This document shows positions 1 to 8,574 of a DNA stretch of 64,000 nt, piece after piece. The stretch covers positions 26,711 through 90,710 of the forward strand of contig RXKC01000007.1 in NCBI GenBank assembly GCA_003962975.1. The letters run 5' to 3'. Source of the DNA: Candidatus Saccharimonadota bacterium. Its GTDB lineage: Bacteria > Patescibacteriota > Saccharimonadia > Saccharimonadales > AWTP1-31. Below the pieces are notes generated by a model. That model made no database searches, was not told where the DNA came from, and saw only the letters and a list, made by a program, of their open reading frames with translations. How positions within the stretch are numbered: position 1 is the first letter of the stretch; each line of letters opens with the position of its first letter. The position numbers and the translations under genes were made by a program.

Positions 1-123
1 GTTTTTTTGAGTAATGTTCTAAGGTTTTTTAAGTGGTTTGATAATCCTTCTACCCACTTGTTGACTATCGAATAGGTATTCTCGATTCCTATTCTTTCTA
101 TCTAAATTGTTAAAGAGCTGGGG

Positions 124-483
124 TTATGCAGCTAACAATCGCCAATACCGCCCTGCACGTACCGCAACCAGTTCGCGGTCAATGCCAGCGTAGTCCAAAA
201 GCGTAGTTTCAAGAGTTATCCTGCCCTGCTTTTCGTCAAGCGGGCTTTCACTCTTGCCAGTTCTGAAACGAACATTCAAGTCAGCAACCTTCTCGTCCAA
301 GATATTGCCCTGGAGTTCTGGTTCGACCAATTCGTCCCAAACAGCTTTGGGATACATATGGAGGTACTTAGAAAAGCCTTTCGTTATGACTACTCCGCTT
401 GCAAACTCAGCACGCAACTCAACTGGTATAGTTAACCTGCGTTTGTCATCAAGTTTGCGTTCGAAATAATCGACCGTGGCCAT
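124..483 (-). CDS. mraZ: Transcriptional regulator MraZ (division/cell-wall cluster)
   Basis: Two tandem MraZ/UPF0040 repeats, each with the D-x-K-x-R-L-x-I-P motif (DDKRRLTIPVELRAEF and DEKQGRITLETTLLDYAGI), closely matching B. subtilis MraZ (DAKGRMIVPAKFRE / DKQGRVNIASSLL). A phased GTGGG repeat array lies directly upstream. Confidence 0.8.
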   Translation of the reverse strand: MATVDYFERKLDDKRRLTIPVELRAEFASGVVITKGFSKYLHMYPKAVWDELVEPELQGNILDEKVADLNVRFRTGKSESPLDEKQGRITLETTLLDYAGIDRELVAVRAGRYWRLLAA

Positions 484-574
484 CTCACCTTTCCACTGAT
501 ATTGATTGATTGTTTTTTGTTTTTGAAGTGCCGCGGTTTATCTTGGAATAAATCCTCTGAATGTTTTTGAGGCT

Positions 575-622
575 TACCCACGATTACCCACTAACAAGAG
601 CATACTACCCACAACTACCCAC
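575..622 (-). promoter_or_regulatory. Four direct repeats TACCCAC (GTGGGTA on the mraZ coding strand) at 575, 585, 606 and 616: putative MraZ operator
   Basis: Read directly from the sequence. Repeat spacing is 10, 21 and 10 bp, i.e. helical phasing. E. coli MraZ is known to bind phased GTGGG direct repeats upstream of its own gene. Confidence 0.5.
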
Positions 623-664
623 AAGCAAGTGTTTTTTAGATAAATATCAGGGATTGTAAGCTAG

Positions 665-717
665 TTATCCACAGATTTACATTAAAAAGACTTATCCACA
701 CAACATGTAGTGGATAA
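665..717. promoter_or_regulatory. Three DnaA-box-like motifs: TTATCCACA (665-673), TTATCCACA (692-700) and inverted TTATCCACt (709-717)
   Basis: Two perfect matches to the TTATNCACA DnaA box consensus and one 8/9 match. The last two form the inverted repeat CTTATCCAC-N10-GTGGATAAG. They sit in the 260-bp mraZ upstream region. Confidence 0.4.
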
Positions 718-742
718 GTCGGTTCACAGTGCGCTAGACGAA

Positions 743-1384
743 CTACTGGCCAGCTTCAGTAACGAAAGCCACGGCAACTACTCCACCAGCAGCAGCTTCA
801 TATCCATGGTCACCAAGTACAGCAGATGACCACTCCTCCATAGGCTCTTCATAGCTTTCGCCTGGAGTCATTGAGACATATTCTTTACCCTGGCCATCAG
901 TCTGCCCAATAACTTCCTCTTTCATCCACACTAAACCAGAATGGTCTGTGTCGTCGTCAGGGTTGCCGCGTGGGTCCATAACACCAAACCATTGTTCATT
1001 ATTGTGATCGACATAAACCAGCGGACTAGCAGCGTGGAGCTCGGTTCCGCTGTTGATGGTGAATGCTATATTGCCAGAATTGTTTCCTTTTTCACCCGTT
1101 GAGTCCTTGTGAGGATACGTATGGAACCTGACGCCAGCACGAGCCACAAAGCTTATATCTGCAACCTTAAAGCCCTCTTCACCCTGTCGCATTTCTGCAA
1201 TAATTTGCGTTTCTGCTGCGGCAGCTTTCTCAGCTGCAGGCGAAGCACAACCGCTCCCAAGTAACGCAATACTGGCTGCGGCAATAGGAAGACCTATTCC
1301 CCGACGCATAAAACCACCGCGAAAACCGCGTTGTTCTAACTGGTTGTCATCATCGGTATGGCGATCAGTAGTGTGTTTTGACAT
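743..1384 (-). CDS. Putative lipoprotein (signal peptide with lipobox LLGSGC); true start may be the internal Met near 1309
   Basis: MRRGIGLPIAAASIALLGSGC signal/lipobox after a 25-aa N-terminal extension. No recognisable catalytic motifs. Confidence 0.55.
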   Translation of the reverse strand: MSKHTTDRHTDDDNQLEQRGFRGGFMRRGIGLPIAAASIALLGSGCASPAAEKAAAAETQIIAEMRQGEEGFKVADISFVARAGVRFHTYPHKDSTGEKGNNSGNIAFTINSGTELHAASPLVYVDHNNEQWFGVMDPRGNPDDDTDHSGLVWMKEEVIGQTDGQGKEYVSMTPGESYEEPMEEWSSAVLGDHGYEAAAGGVVAVAFVTEAGQ

Positions 1385-1391
1385 GTGCTAT

Positions 1392-1420
1392 ATAATAACA
1401 AACATTAGCGTTTTTGTCAA
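1392..1420 (-). promoter_or_regulatory. Sigma70-like promoter TTGACA-N17-TATTAT on the minus strand, predicting a leaderless transcript
   Basis: Minus-strand reading TTGACAaaaacgctaatgtttgtTATTATatagcacATG. The -10 hexamer ends 7 nt before the ATG at 1384. Confidence 0.5.
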
Positions 1421-1457
1421 TGCGGTAGTATCGTATAGGTACTCTGCTCTTCTACGA

Positions 1458-2741
1458 TTAGAGGACCTCTTTGGTAGGCTTTTCGCCGTCTTGCAGCGAA
1501 GCTATCTTCTTGGCAAACCATTTGGCGCTTGGGCGGATCGTACGCTTCATGCCCTGCTTGCGATCAACTTCAATTAAGCCAAACTTCGGCCACCAGCCAT
1601 ATTTCCATTCAAAATTATCAAGCAAACTCCAGTGGAAGTAGCCACGCAGATCTACACCTTCGCTCAGAGCTCGCTCCATAGCTACTGTTGTCTCCTCTAA
1701 CCACCATTGACGATACTGATCACTCGCATCTGCTACACCATTCTCTGTTATAAAGATCGGCTTTTTGTAATGTGCGTAAGTTCTTACAAGCAATGGGTGC
1801 AGACCTTCTGGTTCCATGTACCAGCCAAGGTCACTGCGAGGAGCTTCGGGGTTGGCCAGTTTGCCAGCCCTATAGTAATCTGAAAAATAATAGTTAAAGC
1901 CTACAAAATCCATCGATCGCTTAACTCGATTTATAAACCACCAATTCCAAAAATAACGCATCCACCATACAGCCACCACATCAATGAGATTGCTGGGTCG
2001 CTTTGCCTGTATATTTGCGAGCGCTGGAGCCAAACCAATCTTGAGTGTTGGACTTTTCTTACGCAGAATCTTATAGGCCTGCCGGTGGGCACGAGCCAGG
2101 TTGTAGTACACCGCCCCAAAAGTGAAGAAGTTTTTGCGCTGAGGAGGCCATTCACCTGTTAAATATCCGAAAGATGCGTAGACGTTTGGTTCGTTGATCG
2201 TCAATATATACTTCAGTTCGTCGGCATACTCATCACCAATTTTCTGTACAAAGCGTCGCCAGTAACGAAGATTACTGGATTTTTCAAAAGCTCCTTTTTC
2301 AATAAACCAGTTTGGCATTGTCCAGTGCCAAATATTCAAGAATGGCTCGAGCCCACGTGCGCGAAGCTGCCGAATGTACTCGCGGTAATGTTCGATAGCA
2401 ACCTCGTCCCATTCTCCTTCATTCGGTTCAATACGTGACCACTCTACACTAAAGCGTAGTGCGCTCAAATTGATTTTTTTCGCTAAATCAAAATCCTCTT
2501 GATACCGTGCATAGTGGTTTATACCCTTACCTGATACATAGTTGTTGGGGTCTTCTGCCTCGCTGCGAATAGAATCCCAGTCACTGACTACATGCTGCAA
2601 CCGTTGCTTGGCGGTTTTAGCTAGCTCGCTCGCATGCGCTAACTCCCATTCAGTCCATTGGTTAACCGTGCCGCCTTCTACCTGATGACTTGCCGTACTT
2701 GCACCCCAGTAGAAATTTTTCGGAAAGATATTTTTTGCCAT
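1458..2741 (-). CDS. Glycoside hydrolase family 1 beta-glucosidase
   Basis: N-terminal FYWGASTASHQVEGG signature, acid/base motif LTINEPNV and nucleophile motif ITENGVA. 427 aa. Confidence 0.85.
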   Translation of the reverse strand: MAKNIFPKNFYWGASTASHQVEGGTVNQWTEWELAHASELAKTAKQRLQHVVSDWDSIRSEAEDPNNYVSGKGINHYARYQEDFDLAKKINLSALRFSVEWSRIEPNEGEWDEVAIEHYREYIRQLRARGLEPFLNIWHWTMPNWFIEKGAFEKSSNLRYWRRFVQKIGDEYADELKYILTINEPNVYASFGYLTGEWPPQRKNFFTFGAVYYNLARAHRQAYKILRKKSPTLKIGLAPALANIQAKRPSNLIDVVAVWWMRYFWNWWFINRVKRSMDFVGFNYYFSDYYRAGKLANPEAPRSDLGWYMEPEGLHPLLVRTYAHYKKPIFITENGVADASDQYRQWWLEETTVAMERALSEGVDLRGYFHWSLLDNFEWKYGWWPKFGLIEVDRKQGMKRTIRPSAKWFAKKIASLQDGEKPTKEVL

Positions 2742-2767
2742 TACCAGCTATTATACCGCGCTCTTGC

Positions 2768-3322
2768 TTAACGTGGAGCTGACTTTACAATTCGGTCGAT
2801 GTACTGCCGATAGGTCATGTACGATTTGGTGTCTACTACGTGATCTACGAACAGCACACCCTGCAGATGATCGACTTCATGTTGCATGACATGCGCTGGT
2901 AAGCCGCTGTATTTTTCTTTATGCACCCTACCACTGGCATCTTGATACTCTATTTCAATTTTGGGATAACGAGGAACCTTTGCAAAAATGCCCGCTTGTC
3001 CGTCGCCGCTACTTATACAGCTCTCCCACAACTGCCTAGGCTTACCGATATACCTAGTAATTTTTGGATTGATCAGCACGGCCTCAAACGGAATGGCTAT
3101 GGGCCGATGTGGCAGCGGCTGGATATCGATAATTACTATGGCCAACGATTCTCCGACTTGTGGCGCCGCCAAACCAACACCAAGCTCTAGTGAACGCAGA
3201 GTGTACTGCATGTTCACGATGAGCTTTTGGATTTTTTCGGTGCGAATATCTTTTTGAGCGACGCGCTTTGCTCGCTTTCTGAGCACCGGGTCTCCAAACT
3301 GCCGCCGCTCTAACCACTTCAT
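2768..3322 (-). CDS. def: Peptide deformylase
   Basis: GVGLAAPQVG motif I and QHEVDHLQG HExxH motif III. Motif II is variant (ESCIS instead of EGCLS). Confidence 0.85.
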   Translation of the reverse strand: MKWLERRQFGDPVLRKRAKRVAQKDIRTEKIQKLIVNMQYTLRSLELGVGLAAPQVGESLAIVIIDIQPLPHRPIAIPFEAVLINPKITRYIGKPRQLWESCISSGDGQAGIFAKVPRYPKIEIEYQDASGRVHKEKYSGLPAHVMQHEVDHLQGVLFVDHVVDTKSYMTYRQYIDRIVKSAPR

Positions 3323-4047
3323 TACGAACGATACTCCGGATTCTCGAAGTCAAAGTGATTGCCATTGTCCCATGCCTGTCTCAGGTTTCCCTCACCTGGA
3401 ATACCGCCATTATCTTTCAGAAGTTTGGCCATATGCATGAGATTCCATGTCATAAATGTAGTATTACGATTTGTGAAATCATTATCTAGTCCAGCCCGCT
3501 TTCCATCTTCAAGCTTATCACCGTAACTCGCGCCAGGACCAACTTCACCTATCCAACCAGCGTCGGCCTGAGGTGGTATGGTATAGCCAATATGCTGAAG
3601 GCTATAGAGAATATTCATCGCACAGTGTTTGATGCCGTCTTCATTACCTGTAATCAGGCAGCCACCAACTTTGCCGTAATATAGCCACTGCCCTTTCTCG
3701 TTTAGCTCACCAGACGACGCATACAGCCTTTCGATAACTTTCTTCATTTCACTGCTGTTATCGCCAAGCCAAATAGGTCCGGCCAGTACTAAAATATCTG
3801 CCTTTGCAATGTCTTTAAAAAGCTCTGGCCAGGCATCTTTGTCCCACCCTTTTTTGGTCATATCTGGGTAGACTCCTGAGGCGATGTCATGATCAACAGC
3901 ACGGATAAGCTTAGTTTGAACTCCGTGCTTCTTCATAATCTGCTGACTAGCCTCAATCAGTAACTCAGTATGGCTCTTGGCAGGAGATTTCGTTAACGTG
4001 CAATTTATAAATACGGCGCGCAAATCTTTAAATTCGGTTTTTACCAT
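3322..4047 (-). CDS. Flavodoxin-like fold protein (NAD(P)H-dependent FMN reductase-like)
   Basis: Size and composition consistent with the flavodoxin_2 / NADPH-dependent FMN reductase fold. No decisive motif. 1-nt overlap with def. Confidence 0.45.
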   Translation of the reverse strand: MVKTEFKDLRAVFINCTLTKSPAKSHTELLIEASQQIMKKHGVQTKLIRAVDHDIASGVYPDMTKKGWDKDAWPELFKDIAKADILVLAGPIWLGDNSSEMKKVIERLYASSGELNEKGQWLYYGKVGGCLITGNEDGIKHCAMNILYSLQHIGYTIPPQADAGWIGEVGPGASYGDKLEDGKRAGLDNDFTNRNTTFMTWNLMHMAKLLKDNGGIPGEGNLRQAWDNGNHFDFENPEYRS

Positions 4048-4097
4048 AGTGACCTCCAGTCATACCTATTGTACGCCTCTGCAGAGATTTGGGACGA

Positions 4098-4352
4098 TTA
4101 GTTTCGAGAACGCTGCCACGTTGAACGAAGCCAACCCATGGTCAACGTCGATAACAAAAAACCACCAGTTGGAACCAAAGCATTAATTGCAGGTCGTTCA
4201 TTATCAATGGTCATCAAAAATAGCAGAACAGTTATGTACGTCATAAGCGCCAACGACACCCGGCGCAGCCAACTAGTTTCCCATGCCTTATCTAGCTCTA
4301 CCCTGCTATTACGCTCTTCAATCGCGTTCAGACGTTTTTCGATGTCACTCAT
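4098..4352 (-). CDS. Small membrane protein, function unknown
   Basis: 84 aa with one or two hydrophobic helices after a charged N-terminus. Overlaps the next gene by 1 nt. Confidence 0.4.
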   Translation of the reverse strand: MSDIEKRLNAIEERNSRVELDKAWETSWLRRVSLALMTYITVLLFLMTIDNERPAINALVPTGGFLLSTLTMGWLRSTWQRSRN

Positions 4353-4780
4353 TAGGGCTTCATTAAGCCAATAATCAGCGCCATTACTTCTAGGGTTACG
4401 AACTCGTGGGCTACTGCCAATACAGTTAGTTTCGTAGGTCGATGCTCAAAGACGTTATGGGTAATAATTCGCGCAGCGGTTAACCCAAGCCAGAGCCAAA
4501 AAGCTGTCGTCAGCGCATCCTGTAAGAATGAACCGTGGTTATAAAACTGATGCGACAGGAAGGTCACGTGAGCAAGTACAAATGCAGTAATAAGTGAAAC
4601 TACGGCCGTGATCACCATAGGCTTCGCCCCGCCCTCTAGTAATTGCTTGTCGGTTAGCTTAGCGAGTTTTTGCCACTGCGCGCCAAACACACTCTTTGAG
4701 TACCAAATAGCCCCGACAACCATACTGCTGATCATCGCCAAGAATACCGCTAGATAATTTACTTGTACCTCCATGCTCAC
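4352..4780 (-). CDS. DUF1761-family membrane protein
   Basis: GAIWYSKSVFGAQW motif typical of DUF1761, four predicted TM helices. Confidence 0.5.
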   Translation of the reverse strand: MSMEVQVNYLAVFLAMISSMVVGAIWYSKSVFGAQWQKLAKLTDKQLLEGGAKPMVITAVVSLITAFVLAHVTFLSHQFYNHGSFLQDALTTAFWLWLGLTAARIITHNVFEHRPTKLTVLAVAHEFVTLEVMALIIGLMKP

Positions 4781-4853
4781 CGCTCCTTGTTATTGTTAAT
4801 AACCAGTATGCACCTAGGCTCTACCATAAGCAACGGCACCTATTTCGTATCGT

Positions 4854-5438
4854 CTACTTTGCAGCTGGTGACTTAGTGCCGTTTGCCTTCTTATACAGCC
4901 GATATGATAGTTCCTGGCGATGTTTATCCAGTCGCTGCACATACTCTTCGTACTTATTGTACAAACTCGAATACTGCGTATTAGGCGCAAGCAAATGAAG
5001 AAGTTTTTTCTCTGCTTCGAGGTATTCGATCAGACTGTAAAAGTCTCCGTCGCCACTGACGATGACTGCCTTTTGATAGTTCTTCATTTCCTTTACTGCC
5101 CACAGCACCAGCTCTGCATCAACATTACCCTTCACCGGCTTTTTATCTTCAGGTTTTTCTTTATCAGGTACTTGTTGCTTTTGTGGTTTGCTCATATCAA
5201 AGGTTGGCTTGAGAACAATCAAATAACCTGCATCGTGTAGTTGCAAGTACATATCTTCATGTTCAGGCATATGGCCTATGAACATATAGGCTTTAGTGAC
5301 GCCGTACTGCTCGGCAAGAAACTTCCGAAACTTACGCCAGTCCATCTTCCATCCGAGCTTTTGAATGCCCAAATTCAAGTTTTGGTTATCGATAAAAGCG
5401 TAGTTACCTTTTGCCTTAGCGCGCGACTTAGTATTCAT
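4854..5438 (-). CDS. NYN-domain (LabA-like, PIN-related) putative ribonuclease
   Basis: YAFIDNQNL at the N-terminus and SGDGDF motif, characteristic of the NYN/LabA fold. Confidence 0.65.
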   Translation of the reverse strand: MNTKSRAKAKGNYAFIDNQNLNLGIQKLGWKMDWRKFRKFLAEQYGVTKAYMFIGHMPEHEDMYLQLHDAGYLIVLKPTFDMSKPQKQQVPDKEKPEDKKPVKGNVDAELVLWAVKEMKNYQKAVIVSGDGDFYSLIEYLEAEKKLLHLLAPNTQYSSLYNKYEEYVQRLDKHRQELSYRLYKKANGTKSPAAK

Positions 5439-5451
5439 TAGCTTAATGATA

Positions 5452-6498
5452 CTACTTTTCAGGTGCGTCTGGCTGATCTTCTTTTATTCGCAACGGCTTT
5501 TTACTAATGATCTGGTACTTCTTTCCAGTAAGCGGAGATTCCATATAGTCTTCGTTAAGTAAATTAACAAAAGTATTGAGGTCTTTGGGGCCCATGATGA
5601 TAATAGCGCCGTCGTTGTCGGTCATCAGATCAAGACCAAGCTCTTCAGATCGATCCATAAGATCAGCCTGCTTAACGTCGCCAACTTCCAGCTTTTGCAG
5701 CTTGTTGACCATACTCTTTTGTCCTTCAACCAGCTTCTCCATGCTGAGCTCTGTATCAAAATTAAAGGTAAAGTTAGCCTGTATCTCTTTCATTTTCTCG
5801 ACGGCCACGCCGTACTTTTTGGCATTGTAGGCAAACAGTTGCTCGAGCTTTGTCTGACTAAATGCATAGATATCCTCACCCAGAATCAGAATTTGATTGT
5901 CGGGCGGAATACGTACACCACCCTCTGCATCGAATGGTACAAACTTTCCGTTTTTTAGCATCCATGAAGATGCTCCCTTCATTACCATACTAGCGGGAAG
6001 CAACTTAATAATATAGAACGGTGCTGGTAGGTCGGCGTGTCGACAGCGTGCAAGCACACCTTTTATCCGCTTCAGATCATGCTCTTCCTCAACAAAGGTC
6101 TCGATTTCTGACTCTTGCTTTTTAATCCAGTTCAACAACTCGTAGGCCCGTTGTACTTTTCCAACTGTCGTCCGTTGTAGTACGTTTTCTTCGGCCTCTG
6201 CCTCTTCAAAGTCTCGCACTACTAGTCCTTGGGCAGCTCCATCGAGCACATACTCGAGCAAGCCATCAATAAGAAGTGGCTGGTAAGAGCGAGCTAATTC
6301 TGTACTCACTTTTGTACGATATAAAACATAATTTTTGTTGAATAGAAACAGGTCTATTTCAAGTTCTTCTTTAATAGGAACCAGATTGTTTGCCCAAAGA
6401 AAAACATCACTGCGTTCAGCTGGCGTACTGACCTCTTCTGCTGCTGCCTCATCGGCGTGTGGTGTCACCTTCTCTGTTTTTGTTGTGTCTTCATCCAT
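5452..6498 (-). CDS. Hypothetical protein (348 aa), acidic N-terminus
   Basis: Long ORF with consistent codon usage, 13 nt upstream of the NYN gene. No recognisable motif. Confidence 0.5.
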   Translation of the reverse strand: MDEDTTKTEKVTPHADEAAAEEVSTPAERSDVFLWANNLVPIKEELEIDLFLFNKNYVLYRTKVSTELARSYQPLLIDGLLEYVLDGAAQGLVVRDFEEAEAEENVLQRTTVGKVQRAYELLNWIKKQESEIETFVEEEHDLKRIKGVLARCRHADLPAPFYIIKLLPASMVMKGASSWMLKNGKFVPFDAEGGVRIPPDNQILILGEDIYAFSQTKLEQLFAYNAKKYGVAVEKMKEIQANFTFNFDTELSMEKLVEGQKSMVNKLQKLEVGDVKQADLMDRSEELGLDLMTDNDGAIIIMGPKDLNTFVNLLNEDYMESPLTGKKYQIISKKPLRIKEDQPDAPEK

Positions 6499-6549
6499 AT
6501 CAAGCGTTATTCTACCTGACCTTGGTCTGATTGTATGCTGTAAAATTTG

Positions 6550-7221
6550 CTAGGCAAATTGAACTTCGTCCAAGGACGCTACTATCTCGGTATGTGTTTG
6601 CCAGTCACTGTGAAGTTTCTCAGCATGCTGTAACGTCTGGCTACCCCGATTCACAATCGCAGCTTTTGCACCCAGATTATACGCCAGTTGCACATCAACA
6701 AACTGGTCGCCGATAACTAAGGTATGTTCACCACCAGGTGCTTCGCCGTTAAATACAGCAACGAGTGGCTTGCGATGCGGACCGTCGTCACCACAAATAA
6801 TGCTATCGACAAGTTCTTTCAGGCTCGAGTTAGCAACGATGTTGCGAGGGCTGGCATTCAACCGGCCCTCGTGCATACGATTAGTGACAATTGTCTGCAT
6901 TATGCCAGCAGACTTAGCTCGTTTAGCGAGTTCGATCGCGTCTGTAAATATATGATGTTCGATTGCTTCATAGTAACCATTCTGTACATCCAAGAACTGT
7001 GCCATCACAGCTTCTAGCTGTTGGTCTGTTAAGCCACCGGCAGAGTTGCGTATTGAATCTTCAAGACTACCATGAAAATTCTCTGCTAATTTTTCGACAG
7101 TCGGCACAGCGTAGCCCTGCGCTTTTAGAACATGCTGTGTAACCTCACTAAAAACACTGAAGCTGTCAATCAGTGTTCCGTCCAGATCCCACACAATAGT
7201 TTTAATACCCTTGTATATCAC
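6550..7221 (-). CDS. HAD-superfamily hydrolase (beta-phosphoglucomutase-like subfamily)
   Basis: N-terminal VWDLDGTLIDS (DxDGT) motif I, with C-terminal GD motif. Confidence 0.75.
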   Translation of the reverse strand: MIYKGIKTIVWDLDGTLIDSFSVFSEVTQHVLKAQGYAVPTVEKLAENFHGSLEDSIRNSAGGLTDQQLEAVMAQFLDVQNGYYEAIEHHIFTDAIELAKRAKSAGIMQTIVTNRMHEGRLNASPRNIVANSSLKELVDSIICGDDGPHRKPLVAVFNGEAPGGEHTLVIGDQFVDVQLAYNLGAKAAIVNRGSQTLQHAEKLHSDWQTHTEIVASLDEVQFA

Positions 7222-7634
7222 AGCTGCTCGCCTGCTCTTGCTCGATTAGCCCACTCGTCTGCCATGATGTTACCTTTATCTGTCGCATGTGCCTTAACCC
7301 AGACAAGTTTGGCCTTTGAATTTCTATAGACAGCCAGCGCTTCTTGTACCAAATCAAGATTTTTTATGGCACCAGTCTTTTTCTTCCAACCATTTTTTTC
7401 CCAGCCGGGTGCCCATACGGTAATGACATTGATCCAGAATTCACTATCTGTGTAAATTGTGCAGTCTTCTTGGCCAGCATCAGTCATAGCGGCAATCAAT
7501 GCCTTGCCTTCCATGCGAATATTTGTCGAGTCGATATCTTTACCCAAAATGTGCGGCTTATTATCCTTTATGACTGCAAAGCCACCAGGCCCAGGATTTG
7601 GGCTACAACTGCCATCGGTATAGTATGTTGTCAT
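7218..7634 (-). CDS. rnhA: Ribonuclease HI
   Basis: YTDGSC start, TDSEF and C-terminal ADEWAN motifs of RNase H type 1. 4-nt overlap with the HAD gene. Confidence 0.8.
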   Translation of the reverse strand: MTTYYTDGSCSPNPGPGGFAVIKDNKPHILGKDIDSTNIRMEGKALIAAMTDAGQEDCTIYTDSEFWINVITVWAPGWEKNGWKKKTGAIKNLDLVQEALAVYRNSKAKLVWVKAHATDKGNIMADEWANRARAGEQL

Positions 7635-8536
7635 TATTTCTCTTTCTGCACGTCTGAGCGCATACGATTCTTATTTATATAGTAAATGCTACCAACCACA
7701 ATAAGTGCGCCAACAAATTTATTCCAACTATACACTTCGTTTAATAGTACAGCACCAACAATGGGCGTGAACACAGGATGAGTATTAGCAATCATAAGCG
7801 CGCGGACAGGGTTGATATAGTGTATCGCAGTAAAGAACGCGCGAATGGTTATCCAGAAAAAAAATCCTGCCAGCAGCGGCCATAGTCCAGCTTGGGTAAT
7901 AATAACTGATTTTCCAAATACGACTAATCCGATTAGCAAAAAGAAGAACCCACCCACTAACAACCTGATATCGGCAAGTGTAGGGGCTGGATAATGTTTC
8001 ATAAGTAGTTTTGAGTATACGTTTGTAAAACCGAGAATTAAGCTTGAACTTACAACAATTAGGTCGCCTTTATTGATCTCGATCGCCTTTAGTCCAACAA
8101 TGGCAATATAAAAACCAAGGAACATGATTACAAACCATCCAAGCTGAGCTCGAGTTAATTTATCTTTGAGCATTATTGACGAGAATATTGCCGTAGTGAT
8201 TATCGTGGTGGTGGCTAATATACTCGCATTAGCTGCTGTCGTGTATCCTTGACCAAACACGAATACAGCTAACCCCGTCCCTGCCAGAACTCCATTTACT
8301 ACTGCGCCCCTCAGCTTCACATCAAACGACACGCCCAGATTTTTTCTATGCGTCAATAACAGGCTCAATAAGGCGAAGAAAGCCCCCGCTGCCAAGAATG
8401 TTACCGTGTATTTAAATACTGGCACTTCATATGTTACATACACATAGCGGTTTATTAATGCATATATACCAAAAGCAAGTGCGCCCACACAGGCATACAG
8501 ATAGCCACTTGATACTTTTGACATGACCTTTAACAT
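7634..8536 (-). CDS. DMT-superfamily (EamA-like) transporter
   Basis: 300 aa, about 10 TM helices, duplicated EamA-like halves. Confidence 0.6.
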   Translation of the reverse strand: MLKVMSKVSSGYLYACVGALAFGIYALINRYVYVTYEVPVFKYTVTFLAAGAFFALLSLLLTHRKNLGVSFDVKLRGAVVNGVLAGTGLAVFVFGQGYTTAANASILATTTIITTAIFSSIMLKDKLTRAQLGWFVIMFLGFYIAIVGLKAIEINKGDLIVVSSSLILGFTNVYSKLLMKHYPAPTLADIRLLVGGFFFLLIGLVVFGKSVIITQAGLWPLLAGFFFWITIRAFFTAIHYINPVRALMIANTHPVFTPIVGAVLLNEVYSWNKFVGALIVVGSIYYINKNRMRSDVQKEK

Positions 8537-8574
8537 TACCTAAATTGTATCAGCTTAGACTAAGCCATGTAATT

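Noticed and set aside
575-622. CRISPR-like or mobile-element repeat
   Set aside because: The repeats are only 7 nt long with 3-14-nt spacers, there are four copies, and no cas genes are present. The phasing fits a transcription-factor operator, not a CRISPR array.
560-725. Chromosomal replication origin (three DnaA boxes plus an AT-rich stretch)
   Set aside because: No dnaA or dnaN is nearby. Essentially all genes to the right are on the minus strand, which would be head-on to forks leaving an origin here. A regulatory role next to the MraZ-box array is more plausible.
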